From NCBI RefSeq assembly GCF_009914755.1, contig NC_060943.1: DNA of 64,000 nt; one strand, written 5' to 3'. This DNA is from the human T2T-CHM13v2.0 reference genome, Homo sapiens. The position numbers and the translations under genes were made by a program. The notes beneath the pieces are model-generated. The model saw only the letters and a program-made list of their open reading frames with translations. It was not told the DNA's origin and did not search any database. Shown here one piece after another: positions 1 through 14,400 of this stretch (the first letter of the stretch is position 1; each line of letters begins with the position of its first letter).

Positions 1-31
1 CTGCAAGTGGATATTCAGACATCCTTGAGGC

Positions 32-48
32 TTTCGTTGGAAACGGGA
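32..48 (+). promoter_or_regulatory. CENP-B box (first of 189 box positions, one per dimer; ~166 intact)
   Basis: TTTCGTTGGAAACGGGA matches YTTCGTTGGAARCGGGA. Recurs at 32+340n, and at 31+340n after the deletion. Intact variants: TTTCG..AAACGGGA, CTTCG..AAACGGGA, CTTCG..AAGCGGGA. Confidence 0.96.
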
Positions 49-105
49 TTTCTTCATATTCTGCTAGAAAGAAGAATTCTCAGTAACTTCCTTGTGTTGT
101 GTGTA

Positions 106-124
106 TTCAACTCACAGAGTTGAA
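106..124. repeat. Perfect 8-bp inverted repeat with 3-nt spacer (one per dimer)
   Basis: TTCAACTC-ACA-GAGTTGAA; the arms are exact reverse complements. Confidence 0.9.
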
Positions 125-200
125 CGATCCTTTACACAGAGCAGACTTGAAACACTCTTTTTGTGGAATTTGCAAGTGGAGATTTCAGCCGCTTTGAGGT

Positions 201-217
201 CAATGGTAGAATAGGAA
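201..217 (+). promoter_or_regulatory. A-box / pJalpha-position motif of the box-less monomer (one per dimer)
   Basis: CAATGGTAGAATAGGAA sits at the position homologous to the CENP-B box, 169 bp downstream of it, and resembles the A-type monomer pJalpha motif. Actual protein binding cannot be shown from sequence. Confidence 0.7.
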
Positions 218-229
218 ATATCTTCCTAT
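211..229. repeat. Perfect 7-bp inverted repeat with 5-nt spacer (one per dimer)
   Basis: ATAGGAA-ATATC-TTCCTAT; the arms are exact reverse complements and overlap the A-box. Confidence 0.88.
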
Positions 230-2411
230 AGAAACTAGACAGAATGATTCTCAGAAACTGCTTTGTGATGTGTGCGTTCAACTCACAAAGTTTAACCTTT
301 CTTTTCATAGAGCAGTTGGGAAACACTCTGTTTGTAAAGTCTGCATGTGGATATTCAGACATCCTTGAGGCTTTCGTTGGAAACGGGATTTCTTCATATT
401 CTGCTAGAAAGAAGAATTCTCAGTAACTTCCTTGTGTTGTGTGTTTTCAACTCACAGAGTTGAACGATCCTTTACACAGAGCAGACTTGAAACACTCCTT
501 TTGTGGAATTTGCAAGTGGAGATTTCAGCCGCTTTGAGGTCAATGGTAGAATAGGAAATATCTTCCTATAGAAACTAGACAGAATGATTCTCAGAAACTC
601 CTTTGTGATGTGTGCGTTCAACTCACACAGTTTAACCTTTCTTTTCATAGAGCAGTTAGGAAACACTCTGTTTGTAAAGTCTGCAAGTGGATATTCAGAC
701 CTCCTTGAGGCCTTCGTTGGAAACGGGATTTCTTCATATTATGCTAGACAGAAGAATTCTCAGTAACTTCCTTGTGTTGTGTGTATTCAACTCACAGAGT
801 TGAACGATCCTTTACACAGAGGAGACTTGAAACACTCTTTTTGTGGAATTTGCAAGTGGAGATTTCAGCCGCTTTGAGTTCAATGGTAGAATAGGAAATA
901 TCTTCCTATAGAAACTAGACAGAATGATTCTCAGAAACTCCTTTGTGATGTGTGCGTTCAACTCACAGAGTTTAACCTTTCTTTTCATAGAGCAGTTGGG
1001 AAACACTCTGTTTGTAAAGTCTGCAAGTGGATATTCAGACATCCTTGAGGCTTTCGTTGGAAACGGGATTTCTTCATATTCTGCTAGAAAGAAGAATTCT
1101 CAGTAACTTCCTTGTGTTGTGTGTATTCAACTCACAGAGTTGAACGATCCTTTACACAGAGCAGACTTGAAACACTCTTTTTGTGGAATTTGCAAGTGGA
1201 GATTTCAGCCGCTTTGAGTTCAATGGTAGAATAGGAAATATCTTCCTATAGAAACTAGACAGAATGATTCTCAGAAACTCCTTTGTGATGTGTGCGTTCA
1301 ACTCACAGAGTTCAACCTTTCTTTTCATAGAGCAGTTGGGAAACACTCTGTTTGTAATGTCTGCAAGTGGATATTCAGACTTCTTTGAGGCCTTCGTTGG
1401 AAGCGGGATTTCTTCATATTCTGCTAGACAGAAGAATTCTCAGTAACTTCCTTGTGTTGTGTGTATTCAACTCACAGAGTTGAACGATCCTTTACACAGA
1501 GCAGACTTGAAACACTCTTTTTGTGGAATTTGCAAGTGGAGATTTCAGCCGCTTTGAGGTCAATGGTAGAATAGGAAATATCTTCCTATAGAAACTAGAC
1601 AGAATGATTCTCAGAAACTCCTTTGTGATGTGTGCATTCAACTCACAGAGTTTAACCTTTCTTTTCATAGAGCAGTTAGGAAACACTCTGTTTGTAAAGT
1701 CTGCAAGTGGATATTCAGACATCCTTGAGGCTTTCGTTGGAAACGGGATTTCTTCATATTCTGCTAGAAAGAAGAATTCTCAGTAACTTCCTTGTGTTGT
1801 GTGTATTCAACTCACAGAGTTGAACGATCCTTTACACAGAGCAGACTTGAAACACTCTTTTTGTGGAATTTGCAAGTGGAGATTTCAGCCGCTTTGAGGT
1901 CAATGGTAGAATAGGAAATATCTTCCTATAGAAACTAGACAGAATGATTCTCAGAAACTCCTTTGTGATGTGTGCGTTCAACTCACAGAGTTTAACCTTT
2001 CTTTTCATAGAGCAGTTAGGAAACACTCTGTTTGTAAAGTCTGCAAGTGGATATTCAGACCTCCTTGAGGCCTTCGTTGGAAACGGGATTTCTTCATATT
2101 ATGCTAGACAGAAGAATTCTCAGTAACTTCCTTGTGTTGTGTGTATTCAACTCACAGAGTTGAACGATCCTTTACACAGAGCAGACTTGAAACACTCTTT
2201 TTGTGGAATTTGCAAGTGGATATTTCAGCCGCTTTGAGTTCAATGGTAGAATAGGAAATATCTTCCTATAGAAACTAGACAGAATGATTCTCAGAAACTC
2301 CTTTGTGATGTGTGCGTTCAACTCACAGAGTTCAACCTTTCTTTTCATAGAGCAGTTGGGAAACACTCTGTTTGTAAAGTCTGCAGGTGGATATTCAGAC
2401 TTCTTTGAGGC

Positions 2412-2428
2412 CTTCTTTGGAAGCGGGA
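2412..2428 (+). other. Disrupted CENP-B box allele (class X; first of 20 copies)
   Basis: CTTCTTTGGAAGCGGGA: the TTCG core is changed to TTCT (G>T at 2416). Copies start at 2412, 4792, 7852, 10912, 13972, 18392, 23492, 24511, 28251, 29951, 32331, 34711, 35731, 38451, 39471, 43891, 49331, 53751, 58851, 63951. Confidence 0.9.
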
Positions 2429-5400
2429 TTTCTTCATGTTCTGCTAGACAGAAGAATTCTCAGAAACTTCCTTGTGTTGTGTGTTTTCAACTCACAGAGT
2501 TGAACGATCCTTTACACAGAGCAGACTTGAAACACTCCTTTTGTGGAATTTGCAAGTGGAGATTTCAGCCGCTTTGAGGTCAATGGTAGAATAGGAAATA
2601 TCTTCCTATAGAAACTAGACAGAATGATTCTCAGAAACTCCTTTGTGATGTGTGCGTTCAACTCACAGAGTTTAACCTTTCTTTTCATAGAGCAGTTAGG
2701 AAACACTCTGTTTGTAAAGTCTGCAAGTGGATATTCAGACCTCCTTGAGGCCTTCGTTGGAAGCGGGATTTCTTCATGTTCAGCTAGACAGAAGAATTCT
2801 CAGAAACTTCCTTGTGTTGTGTGTTTTCAACTCACAGAGTTGAACGATCCTTTACACAGAGCAGACTTGAAACACTCCTTTTGTGGAATTTGCAAGTGGA
2901 GATTTCAGCCGCTTTGAGGTCAATGGTAGAATAGGAAATATCTTCCTATAGAAACTAGACAGAATGATTCTCAGAAACTCCTTTGTGATGTGTGCGTTCA
3001 ACTCACAGAGTTTAACCTTTCTTTTCATAGAGCAGTTAGGAAACACTCTGTTTGTAAAGTCTGCAAGTGGATATTCAGACATCCTTGAGGCTTTCGTTGG
3101 AAACGGGATTTCTTCATATTCTGCTAGAAAGAAGAATTCTCAGTAACTTCCTTGTGTTGTGTGTATTCAACTCACAGAGTTGAACGATCCTTTACACAGA
3201 GCAGACTTGAAACACTCTTTTTGTGGAATTTGCAAGTGGAGATTTCAGCCGCTTTGAGGTCAATGGTAGAATAGGAAATGTCTTCCTATTGAAACTAGAC
3301 AGAATGATTCTCAGAAACTGCTTTGTGATGTGTGCGTTCAACTCACAGAGTTTAACCTTTCTTTTCATAGAGCAGTTGGGAAACACTCTGTTTGTAAAGT
3401 CTGCATGTGGATATTCAGACATCCTTGAGGCTTTCGTTGGAAACGGGATTTCTTCATATTCTGCTAGAAAGAAGAATTCTCAGTAACTTCCTTGTGTTGT
3501 GTGTTTTCAACTCACAGAGTTGAACGATCCTTTACACAGAGCAGACTTGAAACACTCCTTTTGTGGAATTTGCAAGTGGAGATTTCAGCCGCTTTGAGGT
3601 CAATGGTAGAATAGGAAATATCTTCCTATAGAAAGTAGACAGAATGATTCTCAGAAACTCCTTTGTGATGTGTGCGTTCAACTCACAGAGTTTAACCTTT
3701 CTTTTCATAGAGCAGTTACGAAACACTCTGTTTGTAAAGTCTGCAAGTGGATATTCAGACCTCCTTGAGGCCTTCGTTGGAAACGGGATTTCTTCATATT
3801 ATGCTAGACAGAAGAATTCTCAGTAACTTCCTTGTGTTGTGTGTATTCAACTCACAGAGTTGAACGATCCTTTACACAGAGCAGACTTGAAACACTCTTT
3901 TTGTGGAATTTGCAAGTGGAGATTTCAGCCGCTTTGAGTTCAATGGTAGAATAGGAAATATCTTCCTATAGAAACTAGACAGAATGATTCACAGAAACTC
4001 CTTTGTGATGTGTGCGTTCAACTCACAGATTTCAACCTTTCTTTTCATAGAGCAGTTGGGAAACACTCTGTTTGTAAAGTCTGCAAGTGGATATTCAGAC
4101 TTCTTTGAGGCCTTCGTTGGAAGCGGGATTTCTTCATATTCTGCTAGACAGAAGAATTCTCAGTAACTTCCTTGTGTTGTGTGTATTCAACTCACAGAGT
4201 TGAACGATCCTTTACACAGAGCAGACTTGAAACACTCTTTTTGTGGAATTTGCAAGTGGAGATTTCAGCCGCTTTGAGGTCAATGGTAGAATAGGAAATA
4301 TCTTCCTATAGAAACTAGACAGAATGATTCTCAGAAACTCCTTTGTGATGTGTGCGTTCAACTCACAGAGTTTAACCTTTCTTTTCATAGAGCAGTTAGG
4401 AAACACTCTGTTTGTAAAGTCTGCAAGTGGATATTCAGACATCCTTGAGGCTTTCGTTGGAAACGGGATTTCTTCATATTCTGCTAGAAAGAAGAATTCT
4501 CAGTAACTTCCTTGTGTTGTGTGTATTCAACTCACAGAGTTGAACGATCCTTTACACAGAGCAGACTTGAAACACTCTTTTTGTGGAATTTGCAAGTGGA
4601 TATTTCAGCCGCTTTGAGTTCAATGGTAGAATAGGAAATATCTTCCTATAGAAACTAGACAGAATGATTCTCAGAAACTCCTTTGTGATGTGTGCGTTCA
4701 ACTCACAGAGTTCAACCTTTCTTTTCATAGAGCAGTTGGGAAACACTCTGTTTGTAAAGTCTGCAAGTGGATATTCAGACTTCTTTGAGGCCTTCTTTGG
4801 AAGCGGGATTTCTTCATGTTCTGCTAGACAGAAGAATTCTCAGAAACTTCCTTGTGTTGTGTGTTTTCAACTCACAGAGTTGAACGATCCTTTACACAGA
4901 GCAGACTTGAAACACTCCTTTTGTGGAATTTGCAAGTGGAGATTTCAGCCGCTTTGAGGTCAATGGTAGAATAGGAAATATCTTCCTATAGAAAGTAGAC
5001 AGAATGATTCTCAGAAACTCCTTTGTGATGTGTGCGTTCAACTCACAGAGTTTAACCTTTCTTTTCATAGAGCAGTTAGGAAACACTCTGTTTGTAAAGT
5101 CTGTAAGTGGATATTCAGACCTCCTTGAGGCCTTCGTTGGAAGCGGGATTTCTTCATGTTCAGCTAGACAGAAGAATTCTCAGAAACTTCCTTGTGTTGT
5201 GTGTTTTCAACTCACAGAGTTGAACGATCCTTTACACAGAGCAGACTTGAAACACTCCTTTTGTGGAATTTGCAAGTGGAGATTTCAGCCGCTTTGAGGT
5301 CAATGGTAGAATAGGAAATATCTTCCTATAGAAACTAGACAGAATGATTCTCAGAAAGTCCTTTGTGATGTGTGCGTTCAACTCACAGAGTTTAACCTTT

Positions 5401-8400
5401 CTTTTCATAGAGCAGTTAGGAAACACTCTGTTTGTAAAGTCTGCAAGTGGATATTCAGACATCCTTGAGGCTTTCGTTGGAAACGGGATTTCTTCATATT
5501 CTGCTAGAAAGAAGAATTCTCAGTAACTTCCTTGTGTTGTGTGTATTCAACTCACAGAGTTGAACGATCCTTTACACAGAGCAGACTTGAAACACTCTTT
5601 TTGTGGAATTTGCAAGTGGAGATTTCAGCCGCTTTGAGGTCAATGGTAGAATAGGAAATATCTTCCTATAGAAACTAGACAGAATGATTCTCAGAAACTG
5701 CTTTGTGATGTGTGCGTTCAACTCACAGAGTTTAACCTTTCTTTTCATAGAGCAGTTGGGAAACACTCTGTTTGTAAAGTCTGCATGTGGATATTCAGAC
5801 ATCCTTTAGGCTTTCGTTGGAAACGGGATTTCTTCATATTCTGCTAGAAAGAAGAATTCTCAGTAACTTCCTTGTGTTGTGTGTTTTCAACTCACAGAGT
5901 TGAACGATCCTTTACACAGAGCAGACTTGAAACACTCCTTTTGTGGAATTTGCAAGTGGAGATTTCAGCCGCTTTGAGGTCAATGGTAGAATAGGAAATA
6001 TCTTCCTATAGAAACTAGACAGAATGATTCTCAGAAACTCCTTTGTGATGTGTGCGTTCAACTCACACAGTTTAACCTTTCTTTTCATAGAGCAGTTAGG
6101 AAACACTCTGTTTGTAAAGTCTGCAAGTGGATATTCAGACCTCCTTGAGGCCTTCGTTGGAAACGGGATTTCTTCATATTATGCTAGACAGAAGAATTCT
6201 CAGTAACTTCCTTGTGTTGTGTGTATTCAACTCACAGAGTTGAACGATCCTTTACACAGAGGAGACTTGAAACACTCTTTTTGTGGAATTTGCAAGTGGA
6301 GATTTCAGCCGCTTTGAGTTCAATGGTAGAATAGGAAATATCTTCCTATAGAAACTAGACAGAATGATTCTCAGAAACTCCTTTGTGATGTGTGCGTTCA
6401 ACTCACAGAGTTTAACCTTTCTTTTCATAGAGCAGTTGGGAAACACTCTGTTTGTAAAGTCTGCAAGTGGATATTCAGACATCCTTGAGGCTTTCGTTGG
6501 AAACGGGATTTCTTCATATTCTGCTAGAAAGAAGAATTCTCAGTAACTTCCTTGTGTTGTGTGTATTCAACTCACAGAGTTGAACGATCCTTTACACAGA
6601 GCAGACTTGAAACACTCTTTTTGTGGAATTTGCAAGTGGAGATTTCAGCCGCTTTGAGTTCAATGGTAGAATAGGAAATATCTTCCTATAGAAACTAGAC
6701 AGAATGATTCTCAGAAACTCCTTTGTGATGTGTGCGTTCAACTCACAGAGTTCAACCTTTCTTTTCATAGAGCAGTTGGGAAACACTCTGTTTGTAAAGT
6801 CTGCAAGTGGATATTCAGACTTCTTTGAGGCCTTCGTTGGAAGCGGGATTTCTTCATATTCTGCTAGACAGAAGAATTCTCAGTAACTTCCTTGTGTTGT
6901 GTGTATTCAACTCACAGAGTTGAACGATCCTTTACACAGAGCAGACTTGAAACACTCTTTTTGTGGAATTTGCAAGTGCAGATTTCAGCCGCTTTGAGGT
7001 CAATGGTAGAATAGGAAATATCTTCCTATAGAAACTAGACAGAATGATTCTCAGAAACTCCTTTGTGATGTGTGCATTCAACTCACAGAGTTTAACCTTT
7101 CTTTTCATAGAGCAGTTAGGAAACACTCTGTTTGTAAAGTCTGCAAGTGGATATTCAGACACCCTTGAGGCTTTCGTTGGAAACGGGATTTCTTCATATT
7201 CTGCTAGAAAGAAGAATTCTCAGTAACTTCCTTGTGTTGTGTGTATTCAACTCACAGAGTTGAACGATCCTTTACACAGAGCAGACTTGAAACACTCTTT
7301 TTGTGGAATTTGCAAGTGGAGATTTCAGCCGCTTTGAGGTCAATGGTAGAATAGGAAATATCTTCCTATAGAAACTAGACAGAATGATTCTCAGAAACTC
7401 CTTTGTGATGTGTGCGTTCAACTCACAGAGTTTAACCTTTCTTTTCATAGAGCAGTTAGGAAACACTCTGTTTGTAAAGTCTGCAAGTGGATATTCAGAC
7501 CTCCTTGAGGCCTTCGTTGGAAACGGGATTTCTTCATATTATGCTAGACAGAAGAATTCTCAGTAACTTCCTTGTGTTGTGTGTATTCAACTCACAGAGT
7601 TGAACGATCCTTTACACAGAGCAGACTTGAAACACTCTTTTTGTGGAATTTGCAAGTGGATATTTCAGCCGCTTTGAGTTCAATGGTAGAATAGGAAATA
7701 TCTTCCTATAGAAACTAGACAGAATGATTCTCAGAAACTCCTTTGTGATGTGTGCGTTCAACTCACAGAGTTCAACCTTTCTTTTCATAGAGCAGTTGGG
7801 AAACACTCTGTTTGTAAAGTCTGCAGGTGGATATTCAGACTTCTTTGAGGCCTTCTTTGGAAGCGGGATTTCTTCATGTTCTGCTAGACAGAAGAATTCT
7901 CAGAAACTTCCTTGTGTTGTGTGTTTTCAACTCACAGAGTTGAACGATCCTTTACACAGAGCAGACTTGAAACACTCCTTTTGTGGAATTTGCAAGTGGA
8001 GATTTCAGCCGCTTTGAGGTCAATGGTAGAATAGGAAATATCTTCCTATAGAAACTAGACAGAATGATTCTCAGAAACTCCTTTGTGATGTGTGCGTTCA
8101 ACTCACAGAGTTTAACCTTTCTTTTCATAGAGCAGTTAGGAAACACTCTGTTTGTAAAGTCTGCAAGTGGATATTCAGACCTCCTTGAGGCCTTCGTTGG
8201 AAGCGGGATTTCTTCATGTTCAGCTAGACAGAAGAATTCTCAGAAACTTCCTTGTGTTGTGTGTTTTCAACTCACAGAGTTGAACGATCCTTTACACAGA
8301 GCAGACTTGAAACACTCCTTTTGTGGAATTTGCAAGTGGAGATTTCAGCCGCTTTGAGGTCAATGGTAGAATAGGAAATATCTTCCTATAGAAACTAGAC

Positions 8401-11400
8401 AGAATGATTCTCAGAAACTCCTTTGTGATGTGTGCGTTCAACTCACAGAGTTTAACCTTTCTTTTCATAGAGCAGTTAGGAAACACTCTGTTTGTAAAGT
8501 CTGCAAGTGGATATTCAGACATCCTTGAGGCTTTCGTTGGAAACGGGATTTCTTCATATTCTGCTAGAAAGAAGAATTCTCAGTAACTTCCTTGTGTTGT
8601 GTGTATTCAACTCACAGAGTTGAACGATCCTTTACACAGAGCAGACTTGAAACACTCTTTTTGTGGAATTTGCAAGTGGAGATTTCAGCCGCTTTGAGGT
8701 CAATGGTAGAATAGGAAATGTCTTCCTATTGAAACTAGACAGAATGATTCTCAGAAACTGCTTTGTGATGTGTGCGTTCAACTCACAGAGTTTAACCTTT
8801 CTTTTCATAGAGCAGTTGGGAAACACTCTGTTTGTAAAGTCTGCATGTGGATATTCAGACATCCTTGAGGCTTTCGTTGGAAACGGGATTTCTTCATATT
8901 CTGCTAGAAAGAAGAATTCTCAGTAACTTCCTTGTGTTGTGTGTTTTCAACTCACAGAGTTGAACGATCCTTTACACAGAGCAGACTTGAAACACTCCTT
9001 TTGTGGAATTTGCAAGTGGAGATTTCAGCCGCTTTGAGGTCAATGGTAGAATAGGAAATATCTTCCTATAGAAAGTAGACAGAATGATTCTCAGAAACTC
9101 CTTTGTGATGTGTGCGTTCAACTCACAGAGTTTAACCTTTCTTTTCATAGAGCAGTTACGAAACACTCTGTTTGTAAAGTCTGCAAGTGGATATTCAGAC
9201 CTCCTTGAGGCCTTCGTTGGAAACGGGATTTCTTCATATTATGCTAGACAGAAGAATTCTCAGTAACTTCCTTGTGTTGTGTGTATTCAACTCACAGAGT
9301 TGAACGATCCTTTACACAGAGCAGACTTGAAACACTCTTTTTGTGGAATTTGCAAGTGGAGATTTCAGCCGCTTTGAGTTCAATGGTAGAATAGGAAATA
9401 TCTTCCTATAGAAACTAGACAGAATGATTCTCAGAAACTCCTTTGTGATGTGTGCGTTCAACTCACAGAGTTCAACCTTTCTTTTAATAGAGCAGTTGGG
9501 AAACACTCTGTTTGTAAAGTCTGCAAGTGGATATTCAGACTTCTTTGAGGCCTTCGTTGGAAGCGGGATTTCTTCATATTCTGCTAGACAGAAGAATTCT
9601 CAGTAACTTCCTTGTGTTGTGTGTATTCAACTCACAGAGTTGAACGATCCTTTACACAGAGCAGACTTGAAACACTCTTTTTGTGGAATTTGCAAGTGGA
9701 GATTTCAGCCGCTTTGAGGTCAATGGTAGAATAGGAAATATCTTCCTATAGAAACTAGACACAATGATTCTCAGAAACTCCTTTGTGATGTGTGCGTTCA
9801 ACTCACAGAGTTTAACCTTTCTTTTCATAGAGCAGTTAGGAAACACTCTGTTTGTAAAGTCTGCAAGTGGATATTCAGACATCCTTGAGGCTTTCGTTGG
9901 AAACGGGATTTCTTCATATTCTGCTAGAAAGAAGAATTCTCAGTAACTTCCTTGTGTTGTGTGTATTCAACTCACAGAGTTGAACGATCCTTTACACAGA
10001 GCAGACTTGAAACACTCTTTTTGTGGAATTTGCAAGTGGAGATTTCAGCCGCTTTGAGGTCAATGGTAGAATAGGAAATATCTTCCTATAGAAACTAGAC
10101 AGAATGATTCTCAGAAACTCCTTTGTGATGTGTGCGTTCAACTCACAGAGTTTAACCTTTCTTTTCATAGAGCAGTTGGGAAACACTCTGTTTGTAAAGT
10201 CTGCAAGTGGATATTCAGACATCCTTGAGGCTTTCGTTGGAAACGGGATTTCTTCATATTCTGCTAGAAAGAAGAATTCTCAGTAACTTCCTTGTGTTGT
10301 GTGTATTCAACTCACAGAGTTGAACGATCCTTTACACAGAGCAGACTTGAAACACTCTTTTTGCGGAATTTGCAAGTGGAGATTTCAGCCGCTTTGAGGT
10401 CAATGGTAGAATAGGAAATATCTTCCTATAGAAACTAGACAGAATGATTCTCAGAAACTTCTTTGTGATGTGTGCGTTCAACTCACACTGTTTAACCTTT
10501 CTTTTCATAGAGCAGTTAGGAAACACTCTGTTTGTAAAGTCTGCAAGTGGATATTCAGACCTCCTTGAGGCCTTCGTTGGAAACGGGATTTCTTCATATT
10601 ATGCTAGACAGAAGAATTCTCAGTAACTTCCTTGTGTTGTGTGTATTCAACTCACAGAGTTGAACGATCCTTTACACAGAGCAGACTTGAAACACTCTTT
10701 TTGTGGAATTTGCAAGTGGATATTTCAGCCGCTTTGAGTTCAATGGTAGAATAGGAAATATCTTCCTATAGAAACTAGACAGAATGATTCTCAGAAACTC
10801 CTTTGTGATGTGTGCGTTCAACTCACAGAGTTCAACCTTTCTTTTCATAGAGCAGTTGGGAAACACTCTGTTTGTAAAGTCTGCAAGTGGATATTCAGAC
10901 TTCTTTGAGGCCTTCTTTGGAAGCGGGATTTCTTCATGTTCTGCTAGACAGAAGAATTCTCAGAAACTTCCTTGTGTTGTGTGTTTTCAACTCACAGAGT
11001 TGAACGATCCTTTACACAGAGCAGACTTGAAACACTCCTTTTGTGGAATTTGCAAGTGGAGATTTCAGCCGCTTTGAGGTCAATGGTAGAATAGGAAATA
11101 TCTTCCTATAGAAAGTAGACAGAATGATTCTCAGAAACTCCTTTGTGATGTGTGCGTTCAACTCACAGAGTTTAACCTTTCTTTTCATAGAGCAGTTAGG
11201 AAACACTCTGTTTGTAAAGTCTGTAAGTGGATATTCAGACCTCCTTGAGGCCTTCGTTGGAAGCGGGATTTCTTCATGTTCAGCTAGACAGAAGAATTCT
11301 CAGAAACTTCCTTGTGTTGTGTGTTTTCAACTCACAGAGTTGAACGATCCTTTACACAGAGCAGACTTGAAACACTCCTTTTGTGGAATTTGCAAGTGGA

Positions 11401-14400
11401 GATTTCAGCCGCTTTGAGGTCAATGGTAGAATAGGAAATATCTTCCTATAGAAACTAGACAGAATGATTCTCAGAAAGTCCTTTGTGATGTGTGCGTTCA
11501 ACTCACAGAGTTTAACCTTTCTTTTCATAGAGCAGTTAGGAAACACTCTGTTTGTAAAGTCTGCAAGTGGATATTCAGACATCCTTGAGGCTTTCGTTGG
11601 AAACGGGATTTCTTCATATTCTGCTAGAAAGAAGAATTCTCAGTAACTTCCTTGTGTTGTGTGTATTCAACTCACAGAGTTGAACGATCCTTTACACAGA
11701 GCAGACTTGAAACACTCTTTTTGTGGAATTTGCAAGTGGAGATTTCAGCCGCTTTGAGGTCAATGGTAGAATAGGAAATATCTTCCTATAGAAACTAGAC
11801 AGAATGATTCTCAGAAACTGCTTTGTGATGTGTGCGTTCAACTCACAGAGTTTAACCTTTCTTTTCATAGAGCAGTTGGGAAACACTCTGTTTGTAAAGT
11901 CTGCATGTGGATATTCAGACATCCTTGAGGCTTTCGTTGGAAACGGGATTTCTTCATATTCTGCTAGAAAGAAGAATTCTCAGTAACTTCCTTGTGTTGT
12001 GTGTTTTCAACTCACAGAGTTGAACGATCCTTTACACAGAGCAGACTTGAAACACTCCTTTTGTGGAATTTGCAAGTGGAGATTTCAGCCGCTTTGAGGT
12101 CAATGGTAGAATAGGAAATATCTTCCTATAGAAACTAGACAGAATGATTCTCAGAAACTCCTTTGTGATGTGTGCGTTCAACTCACACAGTTTAACCTTT
12201 CTTTTCATAGAGCAGTTAGGAAACACTCTGTTTGTAAAGTCTGCAAGTGGATATTCAGACCTCCTTGAGGCCTTCGTTGGAAACGGGATTTCTTCATATT
12301 ATGCTAGACAGAAGAATTCTCAGTAACTTCCTTGTGTTGTGTGTATTCAACTCACAGAGTTGAACGATCCTTTACACAGAGCAGACTTGAAACACTCTTT
12401 TTGTGGAATTTGCAAGTGGAGATTTCAGCCGCTTTGAGTTCAATGGTAGAATAGGAAATATCTTCCTATAGAAACTAGACAGAATGATTCTCAGAAACTC
12501 CTTTGTGATGTGTGCGTTCAACTCACAGAGTTTAACCTTTCTTTTCATAGAGCAGTTGGGAAACACTCTGTTTGTAAAGTCTGCAAGTGGATATTCAGAC
12601 ATCCTTGAGGCTTTCGTTGGAAACGGGATTTCTTCATATTCTGCTAGAAAGAAGAATTCTCAGTAACTTCCTTGTGTTGTGTGTATTCAACTCACAGAGT
12701 TGAACGATCCTTTACACAGAGCAGACTTGAAACACTCTTTTTGTGGAATTTGCAAGTGGAGATTTCAGCCGCTTTGAGTTCAATGGTAGAATAGGAAATA
12801 TCTTCCTATAGAAACTAGACAGAATGATTCTCAGAAACTCCTTTGTGATGTGTGCGTTCAACTCACAGAGTTCAACCTTTCTTTTCATAGAGCAGTTGGG
12901 AAACACTCTGTTTGTAAAGTCTGCAAGTGGATATTCAGACTTCTTTGAGGCCTTCGTTGGAAGCGGGATTTCTTCATATTCTGCTAGACAGAAGAATTCT
13001 CAGTAACTTCCTTGTGTTGTGTGTATTCAACTCACAGAGTTGAACGATCCTTTACACAGAGCAGACTTGAAACACTCTTTTTGTGGAATTTGCAAGTGGA
13101 GATTTCAGCCGCTTTGAGGTCAATGGTAGAATAGGAAATATCTTCCTATAGAAACTAGACAGAATGATTCTCAGAAACTCCTTTGTGATGTGTGCATTCA
13201 ACTCACAGAGTTTAACCTTTCTTTTCATAGAGCAGTTAGGAAACACTCTGTTTGTAAAGTCTGCAAGTGGATATTCAGACATCCTTGAGGCTTTCGTTGG
13301 AAACGGGATTTCTTCATATTCTGCTAGAAAGAAGAATTCTCAGTAACTTCCTTGTGTTGTGTGTATTCAACTCACAGAGTTGAACGATCCTTTACACAGA
13401 GCAGACTTGAAACACTCTTTTTGTGGAATTTGCAAGTGGAGATTTCAGCCGCTTTGAGGTCAATGGTAGAATAGGAAATATCTTCCTATAGAAACTAGAC
13501 AGAATGATTCTCAGAAACTCCTTTGTGATGTGTGCGTTCAACTCACAGAGTTTAACCTTTCTTTTCATAGAGCAGTTAGGAAACACTCTGTTTGTAAAGT
13601 CTGCAAGTGGATATTCAGACCTCCTTGAGGCCTTCGTTGGAAACGGGATTTCTTCATATTATGCTAGACAGAAGAATTCTCAGTAACTTCCTTGTGTTGT
13701 GTGTATTCAACTCACAGAGTTGAACGATCCTTTACACAGAGCAGACTTGAAACACTCTTTTCGTGGAATTTGCAAGTGGATATTTCAGCCGCTTTGAGTT
13801 CAATGGTAGAATAGGAAATATCTTCCTATAGAAACTAGACAGAATGATTCTCAGAAACTCCTTTGTGATGTGTGCGTTCAACTCACAGAGTTCAACCTTT
13901 CTTTTCATAGAGCAGTTGGGAAACACTCTGTTTGTAAAGTCTGCAGGTGGATATTCAGACTTCTTTGAGGCCTTCTTTGGAAGCGGGATTTCTTCATGTT
14001 CTGCTAGACAGAAGAATTCTCAGAAACTTCCTTGTGTTGTGTGTTTTCAACTCACAGAGTTGAACGATCCTTTACACAGAGCAGACTTGAAACACTCCTT
14101 TTGTGGAATTTGCAAGTGGAGATTTCAGCCGCTTTGAGGTCAATGGTAGAATAGGAAATATCTTCCTATAGAAACTAGACAGAATGATTCTCAGAAACTC
14201 CTTTGTGATGTGTGCGTTCAACTCACAGAGTTTAACCTTTCTTTTCATAGAGCAGTTAGGAAACACTCTGTTTGTAAAGTCTGCAAGTGGATATTCAGAC
14301 CTCCTTGAGGCCTTCGTTGGAAGCGGGATTTCTTCATGTTCAGCTAGACAGAAGAATTCTCAGAAACTTCCTTGTGTTGTGTGTTTTCAACTCACAGAGT

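Larger units (their letters stand above)
74..413 (+). repeat. Representative 340-bp EcoRI dimer unit
   Basis: GAATTC at 74-79 and 414-419, recurring once per dimer; corresponds to the classic human 340-bp EcoRI alphoid dimer. Confidence 0.95.
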
